DNA from: Octopus bimaculoides
Taxonomy: Eukaryota
Direction: 5' to 3'
DNA length: 52,382 nucleotides
Assembly (NCBI RefSeq): GCF_001194135.2
Contig: NC_069001.1
Coordinates: 11,791,307-11,843,688, forward strand
The notes below the pieces were generated by a model. It was not told where the DNA came from, searched no databases, and was given only the letters and a program-made list of their open reading frames with translations. Positions 13,367 to 26,089 of this stretch are shown one piece after another; within the stretch, counting starts at the first letter, position 1; the number at the start of each line of letters is the position of its first letter. The position numbers were made by a program, and so were the translations under genes.

Positions 13367-14250
13367 CAAGTTACCAAAAATACTTGCAGTCGTTGTATGG
13401 CAGACTGGTTAGAGTGTCGGAATTGTGGTACTTCTTCCGAAACTCAACATTCTGTGTCCGAATTCTGACGTAGCTTACGAAGCTACCGTACTTAATCCAG
13501 CTTCTGATCTAACCTCAACACTTGTATTTACGATTCCTGAAATGGAGTCCACCCTGTTGTGAGAATTCCGTCAGTGTTTCCCAGCTTGAGAATACCTTCT
13601 TGTTATTGAGATGTACTTATATAACAAATGATTTGGTCTTGGACCGTGGGCAGAAACTAAAGCTATTGCAGTACTGAAGGCATAAGTTAATCATTCAGAA
13701 TCACTTAAGAACGGCATCTTTACTTAAACATCTTTTATTATGTGCTGTCAAAATTTTTGTTGCTCAAAACTGCGTCACTAATTTGATCGGATGCCGTTCA
13801 GGTTACGACATTAGTAGGGTATCCCTTCAGGGTTTTACTGATTCATTTTTATTTCAATATGTCGTTAAAGTCAGGCGCATATTTTAGTGATCGATCTTGG
13901 TGAGCTTATAATTTACGGTGACATAAACAAGTGAACGCTGATTCTCTAACAGCGAAGCAATCATAGAGACGTACACAGAGACACAGGGACACAAGAGGGC
14001 TACAGCCACAGACAGAAACTCACGCATTTATGTACATACGTACGTGTGTGTGTGTGTGTGTCTGTGTGTCTGTGTGTGTGGAGAGAAAGAGGAGGGAGAG
14101 AGAGAGAGAAACAGAGTGAGAGAGAATGACAGAAGCCATATAAGAGGATTATATTTAATTAATTAAATCGTTATATACCTTCAGATGTTGCAATTATCGT
14201 GCACATATCACTATATGTTACAAGAACATGGTTTTACATGTTTTGGTGTG

Positions 14251-14290
<40 letters not shown>

Positions 14291-14304
14291 CATACACGCG
14301 AATG

Positions 14305-14460
14305 AGACAGGGCTCCCATTAGTCTACCTATCATAAATTCATTTAACGAGGGATATAATCGGTTCCTGGACTAAATTAGCGAGCACTTAAATGACTTGCG
14401 TTGGATATGAACGCGAAGTCAGGTGACTGCAAAGCAGAAGTCTAAAGCTACACTTCCATG
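14305..14460 (-). mobile_element. Degenerate SINE family A 5' half
   Basis: GGGCTCCCATTAGTCTACCTATCATAAATTCA resembles GGGCTTCTTTCAGTTTCCGTCTACCAAATCCA of 36019. Confidence 0.4.
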
Positions 14461-14892
14461 CTTGCTTTGTTCAATATTTCTGCTAAAAACATCTATGATG
14501 AGCCGAAGATTTTCTGATAAAATGTAATTTAGACTGATCTGACCTTCCCTTTGAAGTTAGATTGTGAAGGGTCAAGATATTCAAGAGTAAAGCAATATAG
14601 ACACAACTGTCCATTTTACGAAAATGTGGTCTTTTCATGTTTCTTTTTATATTTTGCTCTCTTTTGATATGTGATTTTTTTTTTATATTTCAAGCTAGAC
14701 TGAACGTTTGTTATTACATACCTCAAATCTGTTGCATTATGGAACATAAGAACAGAAAATAAATAAAAATATAAATAGAAAAAAAAAAAACAGAACAACA
14801 ACGCCTAGTACGAAAGCATATAGTAAACAATGAATATCTTTTATACAATGGTAACAGGTACATATACGTACAGGAGTGCGTGTTTGTAAGAG

Positions 14893-14931
<39 letters not shown>

Positions 14932-15108
14932 ATGCATATTTGTGTGGTTGTGTGTGCATATATATGTATATATATATTATATACATATAGGCACATATAT
15001 ATAGGCCGATTATAAGGAAATAAGTAATAGACATGCAAATAACTACATTAAAATGTGTTTATAATATATATATGTATATATATATATGTATATATGTATA
15101 TTTACATA

Positions 15109-15153
<45 letters not shown>

Positions 15154-15860
15154 TACAATCAGTCGTATTCAACTGTATGCTTCCGCGTCTATGTGCGTCT
15201 GTGATTATGTGTGCGTGTGTGAGTGTGCTGACATATAATTTCTTATTTGCTTATACGTATGTATATATACATATACAATGATGATGCATACATGCATACA
15301 TACATACATACATATATACACACATATACACATATGTAAACGGGGTAATAATAAGTAATACATGCTACGTATTGGTGATTCTTGACAAATTGCCAAAACA
15401 AACAGCTATCTAGATATATTTAAAAAGAAAAATGGCAAACAATTATTTACTAGATAAGAGCAATGAATTCAATATAAAATAGAGACCCCCCACCACATGA
15501 AACAAACAAATACACATAGAAACAAAGAAACAAAGAAACAAACAAATAAAGAGAATACTAAGCAATCGAGAACATCAACGTTCGATCATGTTTTCTAAAG
15601 CCTTTGTGTAATCGATTCTCCTAAACATATTCGAAATTCATGAAGAAGAATCGATTGAAAATATCGATGGTACATCGACGGCGGAGAGGAGAGATAGAAC
15701 AAACAAAAAAATTCCTTGGAAGAAATACGAAAGTGAATACATTCGATAGGTGTACATGATAAATATGTTATCACATAATACGAGTGACTATGATGTTGGT
15801 GATGATAATTTCAATAATGATAATAATAATAATATTAATAATGATAATGATAATAATAAT

Positions 15861-16075
15861 GGTTTCAAATTTTGTCACGAGGGCAGCAATTTAGTGGGAG
15901 GATGGGATGAATCAATTATATCGACCCCAGTGCGTAGCTGGTACTTATTTTATCGATCCCGAATGGATGAAAGCAAGGTCGACCTCGGTGAAATTTGAAT
16001 TCAGAACGTAGCGGCAGACGAAATACCGCTAAGCATTCCGCCTTGTGTGTTAATGATTCTGCCAGCTCTCCGCCT
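15861..16075 (-). mobile_element. SINE family B (cluster copy 1)
   Basis: GGTCGACCTCGGTGAAATTTGAATTCAGAACG...TTCTGCCAGCTCTCCGCC; (AAT)n tail at left. Confidence 0.85.
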
Positions 16076-16120
16076 AGTAATAATAATATTAATAATAATA
16101 ACAACAACAATGATAATATC

Positions 16121-16174
<54 letters not shown>

Positions 16175-16382
16175 CCTTTCTACAATAGGCACAAGGCCTG
16201 AAATTTTGGGGGAGGGTAATGGTCGATTACATCCACCTCACGGTTTCACTGGTACGTAATTTATCTAATCCGAAAGGATCAAAGGCAAACTGTCCCTCGG
16301 CTGAATGTAAACTCAGAAATTAAAGACAGACAAAATGCCGCTAAGCATTTTGAATGGCGTGCTAACGATTCTGCCTGCTCAG
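16175..16382 (-). mobile_element. SINE family B (cluster copy 2)
   Basis: Same body; preceded by (AAT)n at 16077-16174. Confidence 0.85.
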
Positions 16383-16419
16383 CAAGTTTTACATTGAACA
16401 CATCCAAACGCACACACAC

Positions 16420-16575
16420 ATATAAAATAGAAGGCGAATACAAGCAGGTGTATTAAATTGACGTTCAGGAAAGTGAGAAAGTGTTTTACGTTTCGAGCCT
16501 ACGCTCTTCGGCTGAGAAGAATAAGAGAAAATATACAGAGGGAATAAAAAAGAAAACTTGTGGATTTAGCGATCA
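16420..16575 (-). mobile_element. PLE-terminus-like repeat with decayed hammerhead motif
   Basis: Minus strand reads CAGCCGA-A-GAGC-GTAG-GCTC-GAAA-CGT-A. Confidence 0.45.
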
Positions 16576-16594
16576 GACATGTATACAGTACTAA

Positions 16595-16809
16595 TCTTTT
16601 CTACTATAGGCAGAAAGTCTAATATTTTGTAGTAGGGTTCAAGTCGATAAAATCAACACCAGTGATTAATGCAAAATATTTCATGGAACCCAAGAAAGTG
16701 AAAAGCAAAGTCAACCTCGGCGGAATTTCAGCTCAGATTGTAAAGAACTGCAAGAAATGCCGTGAAACATATTGTGAGGCGTAGTAACAGTTCTTCCAAC
16801 TCGAAGCCT
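16595..16809 (-). mobile_element. SINE family B (cluster copy 3)
   Basis: AAAGTCAACCTCGGCGGAATTTCAGCTCAGA. Confidence 0.8.
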
Positions 16810-17080
16810 ACACAAAGGTGATGATGATGACAATAACGACGATAATGATGACAATGATGATCTTTTCTTTATCCTAAGAGATCAGGAAAGCCAGTTGGGG
16901 CGGTACGGAACAGTAATATATAGAGTTACATAGAGTTCTGTGTAAAATAGCTACAACAGTATATATATAAGTTGGATAAAGAAAAAATTTCCAATAGACT
17001 TCATTGGAAACTTCGCCCAGACTACTAATATAAGTTCTCTCTCCATATATTTGTCCTTCGAACCAGTAACAACACCACAA

Positions 17081-17125
17081 GCGCTTCGCCCGGCGTGCTA
17101 ACGTTTCTGCCAGCTCGCCGTCTTA
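17081..17125 (-). mobile_element. SINE family B 5' fragment (cluster copy 4)
   Basis: TTCGCCCGGCGTGCTAACGTTTCTGCCAGCTCGCCG is the reverse complement of the 11841 head. Confidence 0.8.
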
Positions 17126-17209
17126 TAACACTCTTATAATAAAGAACACATGACGAAAACCTCAAGATGTATTCGAAACACGTTCATCTTTGGTGATGAT
17201 AACGATAGA

Positions 17210-17380
17210 GCTTTGTACCACAGGCACAAGGCCTGAAATCTTGGTGGTTCGACAAGTCGATTGTATTGAATCACCTTATATTGTGATCCCCTGGTACTTA
17301 TTTGATCAGCCCAGAAGTATGAATGACAAAAGGGGCTAAGTATTTCCCCCGTAGTGCTAACGATTCTGCCAGTTTGCCGT
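17210..17380 (-). mobile_element. SINE family B, internally deleted (cluster copy 5)
   Basis: AGGCACAAGGCCTGAAAT...CTGGTACTTATTT...GTGCTAACGATTCTGCCAG. Confidence 0.75.
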
Positions 17381-18149
17381 AATTAAAGCTAATGTAATAT
17401 TATTAAAAAATAATATATAATAGGTGTCACTCGTATCTTTGTAATTTCCTCCATAGCTCAGTAATTACAGCACTGGTCTTCCAAACCTTGGATCGTGAGT
17501 CCAGTCCTCACTGAGGTCGTCTGTTACACTTTCATTTTTTCCACGGTGGTACTCCAGCATGACCGTAACCTCATGGCTGAAACGAATAAAGGAATAAATA
17601 TATTTGTTTATCTGAAATGTTTCTCCTCAAACTGAAATGAATCTAAAATACATTTTACAAGAAAATAAACCAAATTTTACCCGAAGTTCTGATCAGATAG
17701 AATCAGCGTTCAATTTTTCACAAGAAACAAATTTTAAGGACAAAAGAAAACGCGTAAATAATTTGTTTGGGTGAAGTTTACGTTCACCTTCCGCAATTTT
17801 TGTTGGATAGCATTGGGTAGCAAATTAAAATTTTTTGTCTATTTAATTAGATTTAAGTAATTTGGATAGGAGGAGCACGAGCGTTTACTCGGTTTTGCCC
17901 CATCAGGTCCTGATTTTAGATGATGACTTTTGATAAAATTCATGGAAGCAAGTCTCCGTTCGGTTTGTTAACGCTTTTTCAAACTTCAACAACAGGTGCG
18001 TGATATATTCCGCTCTGTGCATTCTTACTCAAGTACTCATGTAGACGTACGTTTGACTAACTTTGAATAGAAATAAAGAAGGCGAATTTAATCGAATGGG
18101 AGTCGGAGAAGAATTATCAACTGAATTTAACTCAATTTCTGTCAATAGT

Positions 18150-18400
18150 GACCATTTGACATATCCTTGTCCATACATGTGTAGTGAGAGCCCACTAACC
18201 ACGCGACTGATTGCTACCTTGCTTTGTCGAGACTTCGGTCTTCACTAAGAAAAATAAACACTGTGTCGAGACTCAAATTTCGACACTGTATTACGACCTG
18301 TGCTAGGTTCAAATGAAGTCCTCATTCCAATATTTAAGTGGCTGCCACCCGAAGAATTAGTTGATGTTCCAGAAAATATTGTTATCCACCCTGAGGATGA
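18150..18400 (+). mobile_element. Decayed DNA-transposon transposase fragment (superfamily uncertain, possibly Sola)
   Basis: Frameshifted reading V*(W)*(R)EPTNHATDCY / CFVETSVFTKKNKHCVE / NFDTVLRPVLGSNEVLIPIF. It matches the motif VWREPxNHxxDCYFC...KNK...SAIRPVPH that I recognise from a widespread metazoan transposase. Both stops are one transition away from W and R codons. Confidence 0.6.
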
Positions 18401-18518
18401 TTTGGTCAGCCCGAGGCTATAGTAGAAAACACTTGCACAAGGTACCACACGGTGGGACTGAACACGGAACCATGTGGTTCGGAAGCAAGCTTCTTCCCAC
18501 ACAGTCACACTGCGACTA
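18400..18518 (-). mobile_element. SINE family A 5' half
   Basis: CCCGAGGCTATAGTAGAAAACACTTGC.CAAGGTACCAC...GGAACCATGTGGTT. Confidence 0.8.
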
Positions 18519-18624
18519 TGTATGCGTGTGTATGTGTGCGTGTGTATGCGTGCGTGTGTATGTGTGCGTGTGTATGTATGTGTGTGTGTGTGCGTAGTAT
18601 GTGTTTGTCTGGGTGTGTATGTGT

Positions 18625-18830
18625 TTCTTTCCTTTACGTCCGCGTAACATAGCGGTTCGTGAAAGAAAAGCGATAGGCTAAATACGAGACTTAAGTATTA
18701 ATAAGTTCCAATTTTTACAACTTTAAGTATTGGGATTGATATGTTTGATTAAAACCCTTTAATGTGGTGCTCCCAGCATAGATGCGATCCAATAACTGAA
18801 GCACGCAGGAGATAATAAGATTAAAAACTA
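18625..18830 (+). mobile_element. Degenerate SINE family A 3' half
   Basis: TTTACGTCCGCGTAACATAGCGGTTCG...GTGCTCCCAGCAT. Confidence 0.6.
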
Positions 18831-19370
18831 AATATTACCATTATTAGAAAGAAAAAATTATATTCCAAACAACATGAACGAAAATAAGGTTTTTATCAAA
18901 ATTTTAAACTGAAAAAGCGACAAAAACTAGAGAAATATTTAAAAGAAGGAAGAAAGTGACATCATTTGGTGTATAATTTTGACAAATAAAATAATCAATA
19001 CGAGTAGATATCAAAGGGGGATTCACAAACAAACAAGGAATCGATAATAATTTTGAATAGGCGCGTATTAATGTGTGTCTGTTCGAGTCTGTGTGTGTGT
19101 GCGTACGTGCGTGTGTGCGTTTGTGAGTGCACCTATATGTATATAAAAGATTAGAGACAAAGAAAGAGTGAAAGAAAGAGGGAGAGAGAGAGAGAGAGAT
19201 ACTAAAATATATGTGTGGATATAGGTGAATGTATTTGTGAATACAAATGCACATACATAAATAAGTATATATATACACTCTCTCTCTCACACACACACAC
19301 AGGCACACACACACACACACACACGCACACACACACACACACACACACANNNNNNNNNNNNNNNNNNNNN

Positions 19371-19423
<53 letters not shown>

Positions 19424-20355
19424 ATAACACAAATATTATATGAGCATATGCATGTATATTTATATATATATATATGTACATATTCGTTAATATATAGACT
19501 GCAGTATATTTATATCGAACCGAACTAGGAGCATTAAATTGAAAACTATGAAATCGTCTGTATTTAAGCAAACATAATTAAATACATACATACACGTGTG
19601 TGAATATATATGTACAAGTGCGTGTGTGCGTGTGTGCGAGCGTACGTATGTTTATTTGTATGAATGTGGGTATAAGTTATATTCATAGACACACATACAC
19701 ACAGACGTATATGCATATATCTCATGCGTTGTATAACATACGTTCTGCGATATATACGTATTTGTATGATGCACGCATGCGTATATTGTGGAATGTAAAT
19801 TTCGAACTTTTCAAACGAGGAAAGTCATTTATAACATCCGATATACAAAGATATACATACATTGAATAGATAATAAAGTAAAAATTTTAAAGAAAATCAG
19901 TAAACATGTGAAAACCGCCTGCAAAATCAATATGCACGCGCATGCACACATACACGCAGATACACATACACATNNNNNNNNNNNNNNNNNNNNNNNNNNN
20001 NNNNNNNNNNNNNNNNNNNNNNNNNNNNNNNNNNNNNNNNNNNNNNNNNNNNNNNNNNNNNNNNNNNNNNNNNNNNNNNNNNNNNNNNNNNNNNNNNNNN
20101 NNNNNNNNNNNNNNNNNNNNNNNNNNNNNNNNNNNNNNNNNNNNNNNNNNNNNNNNNNNNNNNNNNNNNNNNNNNNNNNNNNNNNNNNNNNNNNNNNNNN
20201 NNNNNNNNNNNNNNNNNNNNNNNNNNNNNNNNNNNNNNNNNNNNNNNNNNNNNNNNNNNNNNNNNNNNNNNNNNNNNNNNNNNNNNNNNNNNNNNNNNNN
20301 NNNNNNNNNNNNNNNNNNNNNNNNNNNNNNNNNNNNNNNNNNNNNNNNNNNNNNN

Positions 20356-20394
<39 letters not shown>

Positions 20395-20769
20395 CTCGTA
20401 TGCATGTATCTATGTATATATATATGCATTTATATGCCTGTATATAAACAGGTGTGTGCCTGCGCAAGTGTGTAATTTTGTATAGTACATATCTATATCA
20501 ATTTCCAGGTGTGTTTAAATGTAACTTAACTCTTTCGTTTTTCTATAGATTATCCTCACTCACGCATATTACTACATATAGAAACATTCGTACATGCATA
20601 CATAGATGTACAAAACCACTCAGACTTATATACATATATTGTATATATATTCCAACGCGCAGATCTATATGACTGCGGATATAACTATTTATATCTATAC
20701 TTTGCTTTCATTTATACTTCTCACTCATCACATAAAACATATCGATGTTTTAATATTCCTATAACGTAT

Positions 20770-20990
20770 TGGATAGCAAGTATGCAGAATAGTTATCGTT
20801 CAGAAAAAACAATGCTTATCGGCATTTCTTCCGCTTTTTACATTCCGATTTCAAATTCCGCCGAGGTCGGCTTTGCTTTTCGCCCTCTTGGGGACGATAA
20901 AATAAGTACCAAGATCAATGGGAGGGGCGTTGTAAATCGTTTAATCCCCACCCATCGAACTTCCTGGTTGTGCCAGAATTGGAAACGAAT
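20770..20990 (+). mobile_element. SINE family B (right cluster copy 1)
   Basis: TTCAAATTCCGCCGAGGTCGGCTTTGCTTTTCGCC...GATAAAATAAGTACCA. Confidence 0.8.
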
Positions 20991-21007
20991 ATTGATATTA
21001 CGTTTTA

Positions 21008-21195
21008 TGCGGAGACCTGGTAGAATCGTTAGCGCACTGAAATGTGTTTAATGGCATATCTTCCGCTTAGAGGTACTGATTTCAAATTCCACCGGTCTGG
21101 ATAAAATAAGTACCAGTTGAGTAATGGAGTCGATATAATTGACTCGCATACATGTCCACGATTGCTGGCCCTTTGTCAAATTATCCGATCAATAT
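21008..21195 (+). mobile_element. SINE family B (right cluster copy 2)
   Basis: CTGGTAGAATCGTTAGCGC...TTCAAATTCCACC...GATAAAATAAGTACCAGTTGAG. Confidence 0.8.
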
Positions 21196-21210
21196 TTATA
21201 TTCCATATTA

Positions 21211-21420
21211 AGATGGTGAGATGGCAGATTAATTACCGCGCACGATGCAATACTTAGAGAGATTTCTTCGAACTCTTCGCTCAAATACCACCGGGGTCGA
21301 CGTTGCCTTTCATCGATTCGGAGTAGATAAAATAATCATCAGCTGAGTAGTGTGGCTCATGCAATCGACTTTCCTCCTCCCTCGAAATTGGTGAACATGT
21401 GCTTAAATTTGAAACCAATA
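21211..21420 (+). mobile_element. SINE family B (right cluster copy 3)
   Basis: GATGGCAGA...CCGGGGTCGACGTTGCCTTTCATC. Confidence 0.75.
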
Positions 21421-21440
21421 TTTACAATTTAGATACTGAC

Positions 21441-21530
21441 AGCGATGATATGGCAGAATCCTTTGTACGCCAGGCAAAATGCTTATTGAGAGTTTTTACG
21501 TTCTGAGTTCAAACACGGTGAGGTCGACTT
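21441..21530 (+). mobile_element. SINE family B 5' part (right cluster copy 4)
   Basis: TGGCAGAATC...ACGTTCTGAGTTCAAAC...GAGGTCGACTTT. Confidence 0.75.
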
Positions 21531-21654
21531 TCAGAGATCAACAATTAACAGTATTTTTTTTTATTTAAGCACTTAGGCTCTTACAGAGGGGGACAGCACA
21601 AAAACAGACGGGACACTACGGTGGGGAGGGACAAAAACATTAAAAAAAAAGTGT

Positions 21655-21768
21655 ATACTCTTTTTTTTTCTTGTTACTTGTTTCAGTCATTTCACTGCGG
21701 CCATGCTGGAGCACTGCCTTTAGCCGAGCAAATCGATCCCAGGACTTATTCTTTGTAAGCCTAGTACG
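21655..21768 (-). mobile_element. SINE family A 3' end
   Basis: TACTTGTTTCAGTCATTTCACTGCGGCCATGCTGGAGCAC...GGACTTATTCTTTGTAAGCCTAGTAC. Confidence 0.9.
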
Positions 21769-21895
21769 TGTGTGTGTGTGTGTGGATGTGTGTAACTGAA
21801 TGGGTAAATATATGACGTATAAAGTACATATGAAAAGAAGTAACAAAGCAGATACACACAATTATTTATATACCAACGGAAGAGGTAAGGTAAAT

Positions 21896-21940
<45 letters not shown>

Positions 21941-22099
21941 GTATATATATACATATATGTATGCGTGTATGTATGTATGTATGTATGTATGTATAAAGGG
22001 AAGAGAGAGATACATAGAGAAAGACAGAATGAGACCGCATTTTGATTGATCGAGTCCTTGGTTGATTGGTTGATTGATGTAGTGTTTCATTACTTAATC

Positions 22100-22510
22100 G
22101 TTGGAAAATTGCAACAAAGGACAGATAATCGCAGTAGAATAACGCGATAACACTAAAATTTATATTGCTGCATTAAAATAATTCCAACAGCGACATGAGA
22201 GAAGAGCATAAATTTATTGTTGACAAGCAACGCGAAAGTACACTGAGAATGTTAATGCGTGGTTAATGAGACAGAATGGACAGGCACAGTGTTCTAGAAA
22301 TACATGAATCTGTTGCAAGAACTGCAACCAACCAACCAACCAACCATTGAAATCTCTATTGTGCTTTCTCTACTACTACGTGATAAATGAGAACCAAACA
22401 TCTATTTTCGTTCTCGTTCGACACAAACAATGTAAACATCATGCACTTCTGTATTTCTGTGGCTTTTATTTCTGGCATTTCTTTTATTCTTTGGGCTATT
22501 ATATATATAT
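22100..22510 (+). repeat. Left arm of ~400-bp inverted repeat (partner 24550-24950)
   Basis: The reverse complement aligns colinearly with 24550-24950, including a perfect 32-bp match of 22140-22171 to 24884-24915. Confidence 0.9.
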
Positions 22511-23044
22511 ATATATNNNNNNNNNNNNNNNNNNNNNNNNNNNNNNNNNNNNNNNNNNNNNNNNNNNNNNNNNNNNNNNNNNNNNNNNNNNNNNNNNNNN
22601 NNNNNNNNNNNNNNNNNNNNNNNNNNNNNNTATATGCATATATGCACATATGCGTATATATGTGTCTATACGTATGAACGTTGTCATGCCTCGTACAACG
22701 CTTAAACAATTTTTTTAATTTGATACTATATTAATTATATATTATCTACTGTGTTACTATCAGTTTTGATATGCATTTCGTTGGACCCATTCAGATACTA
22801 ATGGTTAATGGATTTGCCTCACAGGCCCTAAAGTTTTTGGTCCAAACACAAAGAACTGAAGCATTAAAGGAATACACACATACATAAATATACACATGTA
22901 TATATGTATATGAATATGTGTACAGTAATACATATATGCTTATACTCACTATATATAATTCTTTATGCATTCAGTACACACATAATCACACACAACAAAA
23001 AAAAAAATGACTGAAATTCTTCTTTGTCACCATCGAATATAACT

Positions 23045-23300
23045 ATATAACCTTCCTATACATTGTGGCGTTGCATGGCTTAGTGGTTAGGGTGTTGAAC
23101 TCATTATCATAAGATTCTGGTTTCGATTCTTTGACCGCACGACGTGTTGTGATCTTGAGGAAAACACTTCATTTCACGTGGCTCCAGTTCGCTCAGTTGC
23201 CAAAAATGTGCAATCGTGTGATTTCAGGTCGGAAATACATACGAGACGAAACTGGGAAACCAGCCTTGGTGAACAGGTATCACTCGAACAGGTAACTTCA
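23045..23300 (+). mobile_element. SINE family C (tRNA head plus CORE-like domain)
   Basis: TGGCTTAGTGGTTAGGG (A box), GGTTTCGATTC (B-box-like), TGTGATCTTGAGGAAAACACTTCATTTCACGTGGCTCCAG. Confidence 0.75.
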
Positions 23301-24549
23301 CCGTTATCTTTACCTCTACATTGCTGCAAAGGAATTTTCATTCTACACAGAAGAACCAAGTAGGTGAAGTCAGAAGTGGTTAGCGAAATATTTCTAAACG
23401 TATAATCTATACATATATACGTATACATACGTATACATATATATATTCTCCTGCTACAAAAAAATACGTCGGCTCTGAATGTCCAATGGGAATGGCATCG
23501 AATCTGTATGACCAATTCTATGGTTTCTAGGGCTATAGTAATATCTACAGCCAGAGAAGGCGTTTTATATTATATATTTTATTTAACTCTCTAGATTCTA
23601 TGCTGTATTGTACACAAAAATTGTGGGGTTAGAAAAGCGGTCTTTGTATATGACTGTGGTATTCATGCATTTGCGAATCACGTTTAATGTTCGTATGAAT
23701 ATATATAGCGTATGTATGTGTATATAAATAAATGTGGGTAATTATGTGTATGATTACGTGTGTATTTCTATATATACACACAAGCACACACGCACTCACA
23801 AGCACATATGCGCATATATACACACATATTTTTTATATATACGTACGTGCGTATTTGAGTATGTGTGTGCGTGGGTGTGTATAAAAGTATTTGCTTCTAA
23901 CAACTCCGAAACAGTATGACTGCACCTCCGATCATTGTATGCACATTGACTTAAATCTTATTCCTTTATGTACAAGAATACATTACTGTACGCATCAGTA
24001 TGATGTACTATATACTTATAGAACTATTCGGGATTATTCATCAAACGTTTACAGATATACAGCTATAATTTATACACTCACAGGAACACACACACACAGA
24101 CACACACACACACACACACACGTACCCACACATATACACACGCACACACATGTGTATGTATCAATATGTATATATATATATATATATGAACCTATTCATA
24201 CACACAGATATATAAATATATATGAACATATATATACATGTATATATATATATATATNNNNNNNNNNNNNNNNNNNNNNNNNNNNNNNNNNNNNNNNNNN
24301 NNNNNNNNNNNNNNNNNNNNNNNNNNNNNNNNNNNNNNNNNNNNNNNNNNNNNNNNNNNNNNNNNNNNNNNNNNNNNNNNNNNNNNNNNNNNNNNNNNNN
24401 NNNNNNNNNNNNNNNNNNNNNNNNNNNNNNNNNNNNNNNNNNNNNNNNNNNNNNNNNNNNNNNNNNNNNNNNNNNNNNNNNNNNNNNNNNNNNNNNNNNN
24501 NNNNNNNNNNNNNNNNNNNNNNNNNNNNNNNNNNATATATATATATATA

Positions 24550-24950
24550 TATAAATAAAAGAAATAATCCAGAGAATAAAAGTAATGCTATCAAAGTATG
24601 CCTTAGATATGCAGAAATACGCGTTGTATGAATTGCTTGTGCGTAACGAGGACGATAATAGACGTTTGCTCAACATTTATCACGTAGTGGTAGTGAAAAC
24701 ACAATAGAGATTTTAATGGTCGGTTGGTTGCAGTTCTTGCTACAAATTCATGCATTTCTAGCACACTGTGTCTCTCCATTCTATCTCATTAGACATATAC
24801 TAAGTTTCGCTGTGTACTTTCATGCTGCCTGTCAACAATAAATTCATGCTATTCTCTCATGTCGTTATTGGAATTATTTTAAAGCAGCAATATAAATTTT
24901 AGTGTTATCGCGTTACTGTATGACAATTATCTCTTCTTTGTTAGAACTCT
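24550..24950 (-). repeat. Right arm of ~400-bp inverted repeat
   Basis: See 22100-22510. Confidence 0.9.
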
Positions 24951-25408
24951 CTAATGTTTAATTATTCATACAATATATCAACCGATCAATCAGCGATACA
25001 ATCAATCAATCAATCAGTCAATGAATCAATCAATAATAACAGTGTAATAATTGCCTCTCTTTACTATATGTGTCTTCTTGTGTATATCTCTCGCCATGTG
25101 TGTCTTCGTGTGTTTTTGCGTTTGCATTTATGCATGTATAGTTTTGCACCTTCGTTCATATATATCTGTTTGTGTTCATCAATGAGTGTGAATGTATGTG
25201 TGTCTGTGCGTAAGTGTGTATGTGCGTGCGTATGCGCCCTCGCGTTTGTGTTTGTGTGTGTGCCTATATGTGTATTGTTTACATTATTTACAATCAAGCT
25301 TTGGCGTAATTTATTATCCTTTGATTGACATTACTGTGTGGTTATGCATCAATGTATGTGTACATATTGATGCTACTATACAATTTTCTAATCCTATATT
25401 AATCGATA

Positions 25409-25441
<33 letters not shown>

Positions 25442-26049
25442 GCACACACACACACACACACACACACACACNNNNNNNNNNNNNNNNNNNNNNNNNNNNN
25501 NNNNNNNNNNNNNNNNNNNNNNNNNNNNNNNNNNNNNNNNNNNNNNNNNNNNNNNNNNNNNNNNNNNNNNNNNNNNNNNNNNNNNNNNNNNNNNNNNNNN
25601 NNNNNNNNNNNNNNNNNNNNNNNNNNNNNNNNNNNNNNNNNNNNNNNNNNNNNNNNNNNNNNNNNNNNNNNNNNNNNNNNNNNNNNNNNNNNNNNNNNNN
25701 NNNNNNNNNNNNNNNNNNNNNNNNNNNNNNNNNNNNNNNNNNNNNNNNNNNNNNNNNNNNNNNNNNNNNNNNNNNNNNNNNNNNNNNNNNNNNNNNNNNN
25801 NNNNNNNNNNNNNNNNNNNNNNNNNNNNNNNNNNNNNNNNNNNNNNNNNNNNNNNNNNNNNNNNNNNNNNNNNNNNNNNNNNNNNNNNNNNNNNNNNNNN
25901 NNNNNNNNNNNNNNNNNNNNNNNNNNNNNNNNNNNNNNNNNNNNNNNNNNNNNNNNNNNNNNNNNNNNNNNNNNNNNNNNNNNNNNNNNNNNNNNNNNNN
26001 NNNNNNNNNNNNNNNNNNNNNNNNNNNNNNNNNNNNNNNNNNNNNNNNN

Positions 26050-26089
<40 letters not shown>

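Noticed and set aside
22765-22797. CTGAA...GAAATGCAT hammerhead-like string (minus)
   Set aside because: G8/A9 absent, and stems I and II cannot be formed.
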